In this document: positions 1 through 10,460 of the stretch, piece by piece
Layout of the letters: each line of letters opens with the position of its first letter
Numbering within the stretch: position 1 is the stretch's first letter
Origin: Andalucia godoyi And28
Lineage: Eukaryota > Protista > Jakobida
Assembly: GCA_009859145.1 (NCBI GenBank)
Contig: VRVR01000060.1
Span: forward strand, 62,001 to 126,000
DNA: 64,000 nt
Reading direction: 5' to 3'
Program-made: the position numbers and the translations under genes
The notes under the pieces: model-generated
Seen by the model: the letters and a program-made list of their open reading frames with translations, nothing else
The model's database searches: none
What the model was told of the DNA's origin: nothing

Positions 1-2211
1 GCTCACCGGGCCCAAATACTGCCCAGCCACGCAAGCGCTCCCCGTCTGGCACGAACTGGATCCCGGAGGCGAAGTCGTTCCTGCAGCACACGGAGTACAC
101 GCACTTGCACCAGCGCCTGAGTACGTCCCCGCCGCGCACACCGAGCACACCGAGCCGTTCGCCGCTGCATACGTCCCGGCACTGCATTGCACGCACGACG
201 ACGCACCGCCTGCCGACATCCATCCAGATGCGCACGGCAAGCATGCATTCATTCCGCTTGCGTTTGCAAATGTTCCCGCAGCGCACACCGAGCACGACGA
301 AGCGCCACTTTGTGAGTACCGTCCGGCAGCACACGGAGTGCACGACGTGCTGCCGCTCGTGTTCGACGCCGTCCCAGCAGCGCACGGAGTGCACGCATTG
401 TGATACACGTTCCAGTACGTCCCAGGAGAGCAGAGCGTCTGTGGTGGCACCGCAATATTGCACGTCGTACCTGACCATCCAGCATCACATACACATTGAT
501 TTTGAGAAGAACAAGATCCGTGACCGCCACAGGTAGACAACGGATCACAACTTGCGTTGATGTTGCACTTGTCTCCCGTCCACCCCGAGAAGCAGACGCA
601 CGCATATGATGATGCGCAAGTGCCGTGCCCTGAACAAGTTGTGGAAGCACTACACGAGGTTCGGATCTTACAAGTTGCGCCCATCCATCCATTGAAACAT
701 GCGCAGCTGTTGTCTGTATTGCATGCCCCGTTTCCAGAACACGTAGACTCATTACACACCGGTCGCGTAAGATTACAGGCAGGTCCAAAGCGACCGGGAT
801 TACACGCGCAGGTGTCGTCAGCATTGCAAGAACCATATCCGCTGCATGTTAATGCTGGTGAACACGAACATGAACCCCCTCTCCAGGGGGTATGACACCA
901 ACAAATGCCGTCGGGCGAGCACGAACCTCGTCCAGAACAAGTCGATGTACTGTTGCAAAATAGAGAGCACGTCGGTCCGTACCAGGTTGTATGACAAGAA
1001 CAAGAATTGTCGTATTTGCAGTATCCCTTTCCAAAACCACAGCTGGAAGTGGGAAGGGAAGTGTTAATTGCAAACACATATCCATATACACTCGCAGCAT
1101 ACAAGAGATCGTTTGACATGTACAAAGCGCCCTGATCCATCCCATTGGTTGTTCCGAAACGCCATAGATATTCTCCAGTTGTTGCATTGTAGGCGAAGAC
1201 CGACAATGAACCAGTGCCAACGTACGTCACGCCGTTCATCACCAGAGGAGATCCGAACTGAGCACTCGCGTCTTGCGACCACGATAATTTTCCAGATAAA
1301 GCTTCAAACGACCAGAGCCGACCTTGTTTGCCAGCCGAGAAATCCGAACCAATCAACACAGTTCGATCGACATGAGAGATTGCTGGCTGATTTTGCATCG
1401 TGTAGTAGGAAACCCACTCACCAAGACCAGCCTTCCAAATCACAGACATATTGCCGGAGCTCGACGAAATATTAACGCAGTACAGGTTTGCATCTTGCGC
1501 TGCAACGTATATCACAGGAAATCCTGTTATGTTTGTGGCTCGCGGCTGACCTCGAACCTTTCCTCCGAGAGTAATAGTCGATACCAACGCTCCATTGGTG
1601 ACATTAACGCGATACAACTTGGAATCATCACAGCCCATTATCAATGTTTTGTGGAAATGATCATATTCCATGTCCGCACCGTCGAAACCGAATCCATTTC
1701 GACAGTAAGAAACCTTCCATTTGATCGTGCCATTCACTACAAATAACGCCCAAATGTCTGTGTATAAAGAGTTGTCCATGAAGATGACAGTATCATTCCC
1801 GACGAGAAAGGGTCTCCTGTTCACATTAACATTAGTGGGAGCAGAAACACTCCAGCGCATCGTACCATTCGCAGCATTCAGAGCATACATTTTCCCGTCG
1901 TCGCTTCCGACGAAGACAGTGTCATTGCTGGCCACTATTTTGCCAAAAGTCCTTGTTCCTGGAAATTCCCACAGCACTGTTCCAGTGGAAGCATTGATCG
2001 CACGCACAAAAGCTGTTCCTACATCGTACCCCGTGGGAAGGTACAATGCGTCTCTTGCAGCATCAAGAAACAATGATCCCTCAAATCTTGCGGACTGGGA
2101 ACTTCCGAGAGGCAGTCTCCATTTATAAACGTTGCACTGCGCTTCGACGGCAACGTAAAACAGAATGGACGAAAGAAGGATAACGAAGAAAGCGTTCATA
2201 CTTACCTGCAT
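1..2211 (-). CDS. Secreted protein, 3'-truncated at window edge: signal peptide, PQQ/BamB-like beta-propeller repeats, tenascin-type EGF repeats, then Cys-rich CxxCxAGxY repeats
   Basis: Manual translation of the minus strand is open from ATG 2211 to base 1 (737 codons); probably missing from the ORF track because it has no stop in the window. Signal peptide MNAFFVILLSSILFYVAVEA; TVFVGSDDGKMYALNAANGTMRW and VFAYNATTGEYLWRF (PQQ-type); CSGHGTCASSYACVCFSGWTGDKC (EGF); CTPCAAGRY and CSVCAAGTY repeats. Confidence 0.88.
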   Translation of the reverse strand, partial: MQVSMNAFFVILLSSILFYVAVEAQCNVYKWRLPLGSSQSARFEGSLFLDAARDALYLPTGYDVGTAFVRAINASTGTVLWEFPGTRTFGKIVASNDTVFVGSDDGKMYALNAANGTMRWSVSAPTNVNVNRRPFLVGNDTVIFMDNSLYTDIWALFVVNGTIKWKVSYCRNGFGFDGADMEYDHFHKTLIMGCDDSKLYRVNVTNGALVSTITLGGKVRGQPRATNITGFPVIYVAAQDANLYCVNISSSSGNMSVIWKAGLGEWVSYYTMQNQPAISHVDRTVLIGSDFSAGKQGRLWSFEALSGKLSWSQDASAQFGSPLVMNGVTYVGTGSLSVFAYNATTGEYLWRFGTTNGMDQGALYMSNDLLYAASVYGYVFAINTSLPTSSCGFGKGYCKYDNSCSCHTTWYGPTCSLFCNSTSTCSGRGSCSPDGICWCHTPWRGGSCSCSPALTCSGYGSCNADDTCACNPGRFGPACNLTRPVCNESTCSGNGACNTDNSCACFNGWMGATCKIRTSCSASTTCSGHGTCASSYACVCFSGWTGDKCNINASCDPLSTCGGHGSCSSQNQCVCDAGWSGTTCNIAVPPQTLCSPGTYWNVYHNACTPCAAGTASNTSGSTSCTPCAAGRYSQSGASSCSVCAAGTFANASGMNACLPCASGWMSAGGASSCVQCSAGTYAAANGSVCSVCAAGTYSGAGASACTPCAAGTTSPPGSSSCQTGSACVAGQYLGPVS

Positions 2212-4200
2212 CTTCGTATTTGATTGCGCAGTCGAAATTGCACAACGTAAAGAGGAGCGACAATGCAAGAAAACAAGTCAAGAAAGGGCAAGCGACTCGT
2301 AGTCGTTCAACGAATCTTTTGCTCGTATGCCGAAACTCTCTCCGGACTCTTTTTGATGGACATGGATGGTTTGAGTATGCAACAGCAGATTGCCATCTTT
2401 GCCCAGGCAGCCGGTGAACCGGAATTTCGAACCACAGAAATCATCTGCTCTGACAATTTATGTCCTGCAGCGTCAACGATCGTAGGTCTTTTTTGTGGCA
2501 AGTGGCGAGTGGCTTGCGGTTGAATACGCTCCGGCTACACCACAAGGATTCAGCCTCGAAAATGACTTCGATTGTTTTCAAAACCAGCGCTTTTATCTTG
2601 ACGACGAGTTCGGAAGAACCATTGCTGTGTCCAATAAACTTCTGCGACATACATCAAAGACGACTTGCATGTGAAGGTTCCACGCTCCTGCTCGATCCGC
2701 ACGGGTTCGTTTCCAGTATTGTCCTTAAACTTTCTCTTGTTTGCTTCCATTTCTCAGTACGCTTCTGCCTCAGCTTCAGTTGAACAGAATTTACTGCAAT
2801 TAACTCTTTCATTCGTCAAGCGCGGTTTCAGCGCGATGGTCTCAGTGTCGAACTGTCCGTATGGATCAGCGCATGCTGCAAGGCGATCTTCTAACACTAC
2901 TGTTGGTTCGCAGCGGGAAAGACCGTTCAGCGACCGTTTCCTGTTCGCGCCTTGAAGGCATTTTATCAAGCGAAAATGCGATGAGGATGGGATCTGCACT
3001 TTGAAATTATGGTATCTTCTAATCATTCACTGTGAAACACTCACGAGAGACTGGATCCTTGCTCTTTCCCAGTGTTTGTGCGTCGCAATCATGTTTTGGG
3101 GTAATAGAGACAGAAAAGCTGTTCGAGATACGCGTCGGTGAGCATGCATATCGCTGTACTGCAAACGACGATTTCCTCGGGTTTCCCTGTCATAATATTT
3201 CCCGTGAACTATCAGGAGTGTATGGTTTCGCGCACAGTTTGTGGCTGTCCATGAATTACTGTGCGATAAATGACAAATTTCGGCCTCGTGATGCGCTATC
3301 CACCGCGGTGTAGGACGATGGTAATATTGCAATATTAAACTTGATACTACAGAACGTGAAAATCAAAGTTTATTGTTGTCTTCCTAATTCGGAAACAAGC
3401 TTCTTCCTTGAAAATGTAGAGCTTGAACGTTTCTGTAATCGAACCGTTCCTGAGCCGATGGATTCCTTGTACTGCAGTGCGGCACTCGACGGAGATTACT
3501 TGCAGCTTCATCAGAGGTAGGGCAAACCATTCCAATCTCCGAGTACACCTCTTGATCAGTTCGTCATCCACGAATACCAAGCACCAATCCTTTGGTGCGA
3601 AACTTCGGCTTGCTTGGGGCTATCTTCCTCGCGTGGATCATCGTGTTGTTGACGACAATCTTTCAGCGACGATGATGGTAACGCGGAGCGCCGAACCAAA
3701 TGAAGAAGATTTCTCAGATCAGATGGATGTTTCTGTTGAAGAGCAACGAACATTGCTTTATGGCGACTATCTGCGGATGCCTTGCTTCTCTCTGCGCTCC
3801 AGCCTTCGATCACCAGTTGTGGCTTTGCATCACTGTCAAAGTCGTAGATTGTCCGTCTTCTTGCGAATATCGTTTCCTGTGGATTTTGCATTCTTGCAAA
3901 ATACAAAATTTGGAGCATCCTTCTTTCTCGTGCTCTTGCACGTATGCATCGCAACAGCTTCCGTCATGCGTTTTGTGTTGATATTCTCGAAGTTTCAGAA
4001 ACAAACAGAGGTCGATCAGCAAACTCTTTGGGTGGTTCGACACGTGAGAGTGCTGAAATTACAAGCCGAATTGTGCATGCGTTGAAAGCTAGTCGCTGGC
4101 CAGCTTGCGAGGACGAAGTTTCCTGCGTGAGAGAAACATTTGGGACATCGAAGTTTTCCCGAACCTGCAGTGTGTTTATGTCTTCGGATCGCAATGGAAC

Positions 4201-4437
4201 GGCCGATAAAGCGTGCACACGTGCGCTCGTTGCATTCACAGCTCCGCAGCTGCTCTGCAGCTAAACAATATACAGTTTGCAAATGCTCCTCTGGGACCGC
4301 AAGCCGAAAAAAATAATTTTCAGAAAAATGGAAATGGACACTGAGATTGGGAGTCCTCTGGAGTCAGCGAGTCCGGCTCTTCGTTGTCGATCGCCCCGGC
4401 ATCCCAGTCAGATGGCCGAGAAAGCGTGCACACGTGC
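4201..4437. repeat. 24-bp direct repeat pair, 23/24 identical
   Basis: GGCCGATAAAGCGTGCACACGTGC at 4201-4224 and GGCCGAGAAAGCGTGCACACGTGC at 4414-4437. Confidence 0.8.
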
Positions 4438-4676
4438 TTGGCATTTAGAGCAGTATCTCGTCCAAAGATCATGGACCAGAAAATGCACACTTCTCTCCGT
4501 GCTACTTTCTGTGCGTTGACGAATAGATTGGTAGTAAATTAGTAAATACAAATTAGAACGTTTGGAAATCGGCCCTGGTTTTCTGTTTCTGCTGTGCGCT
4601 GCATCTTTGTTGCGACTCGCACTCGAATGCGAACTTGAGTCGATTTCTGCAGAATCGGCATATGTCGACATTTCAT

Positions 4677-5438
4677 TCAGTCCTTTTCGAAGTTCAAACA
4701 GCAATTTCCGAATAGAATGCAAGCGTTCATGATTTCTGTCCATTCTCTCGTCTTTGATTCGTCAATGGCATCTCGCAGCATCTTTTGAAACAGATTAATG
4801 GAATCAGCTGTTGGTAAATGACGAACAGAAGTACCGGGTTCTTGCGTTACGGTTGCAGCAAATGCGCAGATGAAAATTGCGCTGTCCGTCGCCCTGCCAG
4901 CGCGAGGACATTCAATTGGGACGCGGGACTAAGAAGCAAAGTCACCGTCGCTTCCGAGCGATTCTACAAACGATGGAATTGTCTTTGCAACAGGGCAATC
5001 TGGAAACCCAGACTGCTGTTCTACTGAAAAGCACGGATCATAGTATTCAAGACGTCTCTTTGGAAAGTGTACAACAAGCATGGACCAATGGCCGTCTGCG
5101 TTCTGCAATGGTACGACGATTTTGCGAATTTCGACGACTCGCAAGTCTTCGTTTGAATGGTCAAATAAGAATCCGGGCGGCAGAATTAGGCAGTTGCTTC
5201 GATTACTTCCGCCGACTACAATTCGTTGCGAATCAAACCGAGCATGTTGGACAACACGAAGGAATGTCAACATGTCTTTTGACGAGACTGAAGCGTCCAG
5301 GTCGATGCCTTTGGCGAATACTTCGTCTGCAGAAATAGACGAGACATAGCGAGCGAGCACCGCGTCTAAGTCCACTGTGACGCCAATGGAATCGTGCTGC
5401 TTCTTGTCAGCCTGCGCGACGTCAGCAGGCGCTGCCAT
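4677..5438 (-). pseudogene. Ulp1/C48-like cysteine peptidase remnant
   Basis: KIVVPLQNADGHWSMLVVHFPKRRLEYYDP matches the C48 His-Trp and Asp motifs. In-frame TAG at 4929-4931 is followed in the same frame by SRVPIECPRAGRATDSAIFICAFA, where the expected QxNxxDCG Gln and Cys appear replaced. Confidence 0.65.
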
Positions 5439-6513
5439 TTCATCGAAGCGGACGATCAGTTGAAATGAAACAAATCGTACTTTGCGTTATCTCATTTTGT
5501 TTTGTCTAGCAATCTGCGTCTTTCACTTGGTGGCTTCAAATCTGCTTTCGTACGATTACTTTCGGCTTTTCGGTCCAGCAGACCGCTGTTTAGGAACATT
5601 AGAAATTTCAAGAACTGCCGTTTTGCACTGAAACTGGAAAGGAAGGAAAATCCTTGTGCGGATGCGTTCGAAGGAGCTCACAATCGAAGATCCTCACACT
5701 CCGTTGCAGTTGCGGATCGGTTCGACATCGACATCCGCCTCTCGTTTTCAATTGCGTTCTGCAAGAATCAGTTTCAAGAGGTTGGCGCAAGCAGAACCGC
5801 GGGACGAGAATGTCGTTTGACTAGTGCGTGTTGCATGTGAGCGCTGCAAGTCAATGTTGGAAACAGGCGCTCTTTGATCGATCCGAGATACCCCAGATGG
5901 CCGTTGAGGCGCTTTCATCAAATTCGTCGATAAATGTGACAGAGAGGACCGTGGTGCTGCTTGCGCGAAAAACCTTGGTCAACCGTGATCATGTCTCGTG
6001 TACACCGGGGAGCGCACGCGTGCAGTACGTTGGTTCGGTATCCGAAAGCGTCGAGAGGAAGTGATTCTTCGTGAAGGCAGTGTTGGAAGGATTTGAAACC
6101 GGTGAACATCGCGTTCCGGATCATGGACCGAGTTTCAATCGCTGTTGACGTTCGCGCTTGATTACGAAATCGCGCGGACGCGGCGAGGGTAGGAATCCGA
6201 GAGCGATGTTATTCATCTTGTTCAGTATTTGGAAACTCACGCTAGGCACACTCGTTTTTGATTCGCCTTCTGAAGACCTGGCAATGGATATTGGCAAATT
6301 TGAAGCGCGCTTGAAAGTTTGTCGTCCTTGATATCAAACCGTGACGCGTACGCAATACGAGATTGATGTCGCGAAAGGACAGAGCAAAATGGCCATGCTT
6401 CATTCAGTCCGTCCATCTCAGCACAAATCGTGCGTCTCGTCGGCGATGAATTTGTGACAGTAATAGATGATGTTCGACGTTCGTCCTTCAGTTACTGGGG
6501 ATTTTTCTTCTGT

Positions 6514-7167
6514 AGCGGTTATGGGAAGTTCTGGAAGCTGTTTTACAAAACCAATGTTTTGGAGAGGAAGAGGGGAAACAGGAAGTTGGTACCCGAAGGC
6601 ATACGGTTATCAGAGTACGGTTACTGGAGTACGGTTACTGGAGTACGGTTACTGGAGTACGGTTACCGGAGTACGGTTATGGGAAGTTCTGGAAGCTGTT
6701 TTACAAAACCAATGTTTTGGAGAGGAAGAGGGGAAACAGGAAGTTGGTACCCGAAGGCATACGGTTATCAGAGTACGGTTACTGGAGTACGGTTACTGGA
6801 GTACGGTTACCGGAGTACGGTTATGGGAAGTTCTGGAAGCTGTTTTACAAAACTAATGTTTTGGAGAGGAAGAGGGGAAACAGGAAGTCGGTACCCGAAG
6901 ACATACGGTTATCAGAGTACGGTTACTGGAGTACGGTTACCGAGTACGGTTACGAGAAGTTCTGGAAGCTGTTTTACAAAACTAATGTTTTGCAGAGGAA
7001 GAGGGGAAACAGGAAGTTGGTACCCGAAGACATACGGTTATCAGAGTACGGTTACCGGAGTACGGTTACCGAGTACGGTTACGAGAAGTTCTGGAAGCTG
7101 TTTTGCAAAACTAATGTTTTGGAGAGGAAGAGGGGAAACAGAAACTGGAGTGAGACAGTACGGCTAC
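6514..7167. repeat. Nested tandem repeat: 5 large units (periods 158, 144, 129, 129 bp), each a constant core plus a variable number of 13-14 bp GGTTAC(T/C)(G)GAGTAC subunits
   Basis: Core GAAGTTCTGGAAGCTGTTTT starts at 6525, 6683, 6827, 6956 and 7085; length differences come from subunit copy number. Confidence 0.95.
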
Positions 7168-7441
7168 TAAATAGCCTTTTCGTTTGGTTCCTTTGGGACT
7201 CGATTCCGTTGCCAGTCGATTCCACGGCAGAAATGAGAATCGCAAAGCTTGTTCAATCTCGAACGGCAGCCGATGAACAAGCTTTGCGATTGCCTCTTCT
7301 AGGAAGAGCAGCTTTTCGAAGGAGATCTCAATTTTGAACAAGCATTTTGGATCGTACAGATTGCAAACGAGTTTGTACAGAATGCCGGAATCTCGAGTAA
7401 ACGACCTCAGGAAGCACTTTTGAAGTTTCAGAAGTACAGGA

Positions 7442-10144
7442 TCAGGTGATCTTTGCCCATCCTGCAGTGATTTCTCTGTCAGTGTGATCGCGAACGCTCG
7501 TCCATCCGATGCCTTTCAGAATGCGCGTAATAGTTAAAAGTTGTCGACGGCCGAGTGGATTCGCCGTCTCGACGTTTCCAAAGACGTGATTGTAAACTTC
7601 TTGTGCTGTCACGAATTTCTTGTACTTTCTGTGGATTCGACCTCCGTAGTTTTTGTTTTCCACAAAATCTCGAATGAGTTCTTCCAGATGCTCGTCAGCG
7701 TCAGCATCAACATCAGCGTCCGCGTCCACTTGCGGTCTTGGAAGTCCTCGTTGTTCGACAATCTCCACTTCATTCTGTTGAACATCGTATGCGAAGGGAC
7801 GCACGGGTGGTTCTTGCGCAACAAACATGTTTTGTCGTTCGCGTCTCATGTCGAGGGACTCCGGAATTTTGTAGTGTGTGTTATGTTCTGCAATCTTTTG
7901 CAAAATAACTTTCAGGAAACCAGGAGCGAACGTGGGCATCATGAGCCGCAGTTTGTCCACTTCTTGCAGTTCGACTGCAGTGGACAACGGCCAGACTCGC
8001 GCTTGCTGTTTCAACGAAGCGGGAAGCATCGTCCCGGGCAAAACAAACAAGACAAGATGAGGACGTGTACTGTGGATGGCCTCGCCTTGTTCGTTGAGAA
8101 TTGTCGAAGTTCCATCCAGCACGGCTCGGATGAGTAATGGATCTAGATTCACAACGCTGTTCTGCAACCATGACGTCAACACGATCAATGCATCTCGGGT
8201 CGTGTTCCATGCGGCGTCTCGTTTGGAAAGAAGCGTGGCATCGACTTCGACAGTGCATTTGGGAAACAGGCATTCGAGAAACAATTGGAACAAAGAATGT
8301 AATTCGGTAGTGCCGACAAACACGTGAAAACGGGGTTCATCGTCGCCGGTTCCGAACAAGACTGCGCAAATCCAGTCCAAGAAACGTGCTGCTGTTTGGG
8401 AAGCATCTGTTCCGGAAAACAAGGACCGGAGACTTGCATTCAAGTCGACGCCCACCTCGGCAAGATCGGGGTCCACCGTGGTCAGCGAAGAGAAGCATAA
8501 ATCTTGCGGAGCCCAGTCGGTTACCGCCAAGGCATTGTTTTTCATTTGAAGGACTTTGCCTGGTCCGTATCCGAAACAGCGATAATGGGAATTCCAGTCT
8601 GCATCAGCATTTATCGTTTTGAGCAGATAATCTGAAAATTGCAAAAAGGAAGGTAACCATTCGTTACGGAACGATCCGCTCACGTCTGCGTCCAAGTCAG
8701 ATTTCCAGGCAAATACCAGATATTCGTCGTTGTACAATGTTGCGAGCGTGCTGTCCTCCATTTGGACGTAATGGTTGCCGTCATATTGGAAGACGTGCCA
8801 CGAAGTCCCCACGCGTCGACTCACGAAATGCAGCCCGCGAGATAAAGTGTAGAGCAGGAAACTCCAAGACACATTCTCGACCGAAGGCGGCTGACTTCTG
8901 CGAACAAAGCGCGACCTGAGCGACCAGTGGCGGAGCATGATCCAATGCCATTGCCAATCTTTTTTCTCAATCGCGTGCATGTAGTTGCAAAACTCCAGGT
9001 AGGACACCGTGGCAGGCGGCTGTTCGTTGATGGCTATTCCAATTCGCTTTCGGCATTGCTCAGAGAGCACAAGCGATCCATCGGAATTGAATGAAAACCA
9101 CTCTGTCCAATTTTCTTTTTGCGAGCAGAGATTGCTCGATATCTCAAGGGCAGTTGAATGGCGCTGGAGGAGGATTCTTTCCGGCATTGCATACAGAGCC
9201 ATGGACATCGATTTCTCATCCGTGAAACGACTCAATGCGGTTTCTCCGCTGTACTGCAGTTGTTTCAGTTGTGAGCATCCGGCTTCGTTGATCCACCCGC
9301 AGGACAATTGTCGGTCGTCAAAGAAATCGGGAACGAGAGGCTTCATGCGCCACGTCACTTCCACGCTCATTATTAGAGGTAACAAAGTGAAATTGTCCTT
9401 TGGGGCGTATACGCCGATCACATTGCAAACGGTTTCAAGTGTTTCTGGCAAGAGAATCTCGTTCACTCGGGCGTCTTTCTGTTCATGATCGAACACGCCT
9501 ACAGGGTCGAATGGTAATTCCGTGGCACCCAGAACGACCCTGTGAAGCATGTTGAAATTATCGAGAATCGACGACTGCGCTAGGAAGTCCAAAGGCATGT
9601 TCACTTGGTGTTGTTGCAGAAGAGTGTTCATGTGGTGGAGAATCAGCCAAGTCGTTTCTGTTTCTGCAAGTTTGATATTTGGAAACACGAGAACCGTATC
9701 GAACGACATGCGCAGTCGGCTCCAAGACTGTGCGTCCGCAGAAGGCGGAATGGCATTTCGTTGGAGAACAATACAACCACAGTGTTTTGCCGCGACGGCC
9801 ACAAACAACCGAGGTAGGCTTGCTTGAATGCAAGACACGACAGGGCGTGGATCCACAAGCCTCTGTTGAATTGGAATGCGCAAAGACGCGTAGCGACGTT
9901 GAATCGGCATTCTGAAGTCGTAGGCTTCGACGATCGAGGAATTTTTCATTTGGTCTCGCGAAACTGTTTGGCGGGCACGATCTGCATCCCAGGAATCCGA
10001 AAATTCTTGCCAAATGAGCGTTTTCAGTCCTCCGTTGTAAGAACACCGGTTGATGTCCGGATGATCCTCGTCGGCCTTGTTCATTTCGCACCACTTTGGA
10101 AGCCAATTTCTTCCCAGAAGTCGTCTTAAGTTTGTTTCACCCAT
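7442..10144 (-). CDS. D5-like AEP primase / SF3 helicase homolog with degenerate catalytic motifs and C-terminal winged-helix-like domain (900 aa)
   Basis: SYNGG and VLVFPNI resemble NCLDV D5 primase motifs; WHVFQYDGNHY resembles D5_N; RFHVFVGTTELHSLFQLFLECLF sits where Walker A is expected; C-terminal AQEVYNHVFG...ITRILKGIGW. Confidence 0.6.
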   Translation of the reverse strand: MGETNLRRLLGRNWLPKWCEMNKADEDHPDINRCSYNGGLKTLIWQEFSDSWDADRARQTVSRDQMKNSSIVEAYDFRMPIQRRYASLRIPIQQRLVDPRPVVSCIQASLPRLFVAVAAKHCGCIVLQRNAIPPSADAQSWSRLRMSFDTVLVFPNIKLAETETTWLILHHMNTLLQQHQVNMPLDFLAQSSILDNFNMLHRVVLGATELPFDPVGVFDHEQKDARVNEILLPETLETVCNVIGVYAPKDNFTLLPLIMSVEVTWRMKPLVPDFFDDRQLSCGWINEAGCSQLKQLQYSGETALSRFTDEKSMSMALYAMPERILLQRHSTALEISSNLCSQKENWTEWFSFNSDGSLVLSEQCRKRIGIAINEQPPATVSYLEFCNYMHAIEKKDWQWHWIMLRHWSLRSRFVRRSQPPSVENVSWSFLLYTLSRGLHFVSRRVGTSWHVFQYDGNHYVQMEDSTLATLYNDEYLVFAWKSDLDADVSGSFRNEWLPSFLQFSDYLLKTINADADWNSHYRCFGYGPGKVLQMKNNALAVTDWAPQDLCFSSLTTVDPDLAEVGVDLNASLRSLFSGTDASQTAARFLDWICAVLFGTGDDEPRFHVFVGTTELHSLFQLFLECLFPKCTVEVDATLLSKRDAAWNTTRDALIVLTSWLQNSVVNLDPLLIRAVLDGTSTILNEQGEAIHSTRPHLVLFVLPGTMLPASLKQQARVWPLSTAVELQEVDKLRLMMPTFAPGFLKVILQKIAEHNTHYKIPESLDMRRERQNMFVAQEPPVRPFAYDVQQNEVEIVEQRGLPRPQVDADADVDADADEHLEELIRDFVENKNYGGRIHRKYKKFVTAQEVYNHVFGNVETANPLGRRQLLTITRILKGIGWTSVRDHTDREITAGWAKIT

Positions 10145-10460
10145 CGCGTGTTCTTTTTTTTAGTATAGATGTTTTGACGATGTCCACGACGTTTGAAAAA
10201 TGCAATCAAGGTCCCTTGCGGAAAGGGTACCCTTATCAGAAAGCGCAGTTTTCGTCCCGAAACCCCGCTCAATGAATCTTTAGGACATTGCGAAAATTTG
10301 AAGAGTACGCTTTGGGTGAGGTTTCATCAGATGCGCGGGACAACGAAGGAAGAACCAATCTGAAATGCTGGTCCGCTGGTCCGCAAAGGCAACACATACG
10401 AGAAGGAGCTTCAAAATCTTCTTTTTTTGAACAGAATAATGAAAACAGTGGTGAATCCGT

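Noticed and set aside
2200-2211. Splice donor CAG/GTAAGT at the start of the secreted gene
   Set aside because: The frame reads through into a good signal peptide and no acceptor is needed; cannot be supported without transcripts.
3810-4043. Mutator-type FAR1/WRKY-like DNA-binding fragment (KEGCSKFC...SHNW)
   Set aside because: Only a loose Cys/His spacing, non-ATG start, and no MULE DDE domain or TIRs found nearby.
4929-4931. Stop-codon reassignment (TAG or TGA read-through)
   Set aside because: Intact genes here end in TAA, TAG and TGA, and long ORFs contain no internal stops; the in-frame stops fit Trp-to-stop mutations in pseudogenes.
6514-7167. CRISPR array (GTTTT...AAAAC core recalls type II repeats)
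   Set aside because: The intervening sequences are copies of one 13-14 bp subunit, not unique spacers, and no cas gene is present.
6430-7337. ORFs of 246, 129 and 206 aa over the tandem array
   Set aside because: Several frames are open because the repeat has few stops; starts are mostly non-ATG and the translations only mirror the DNA repeat.
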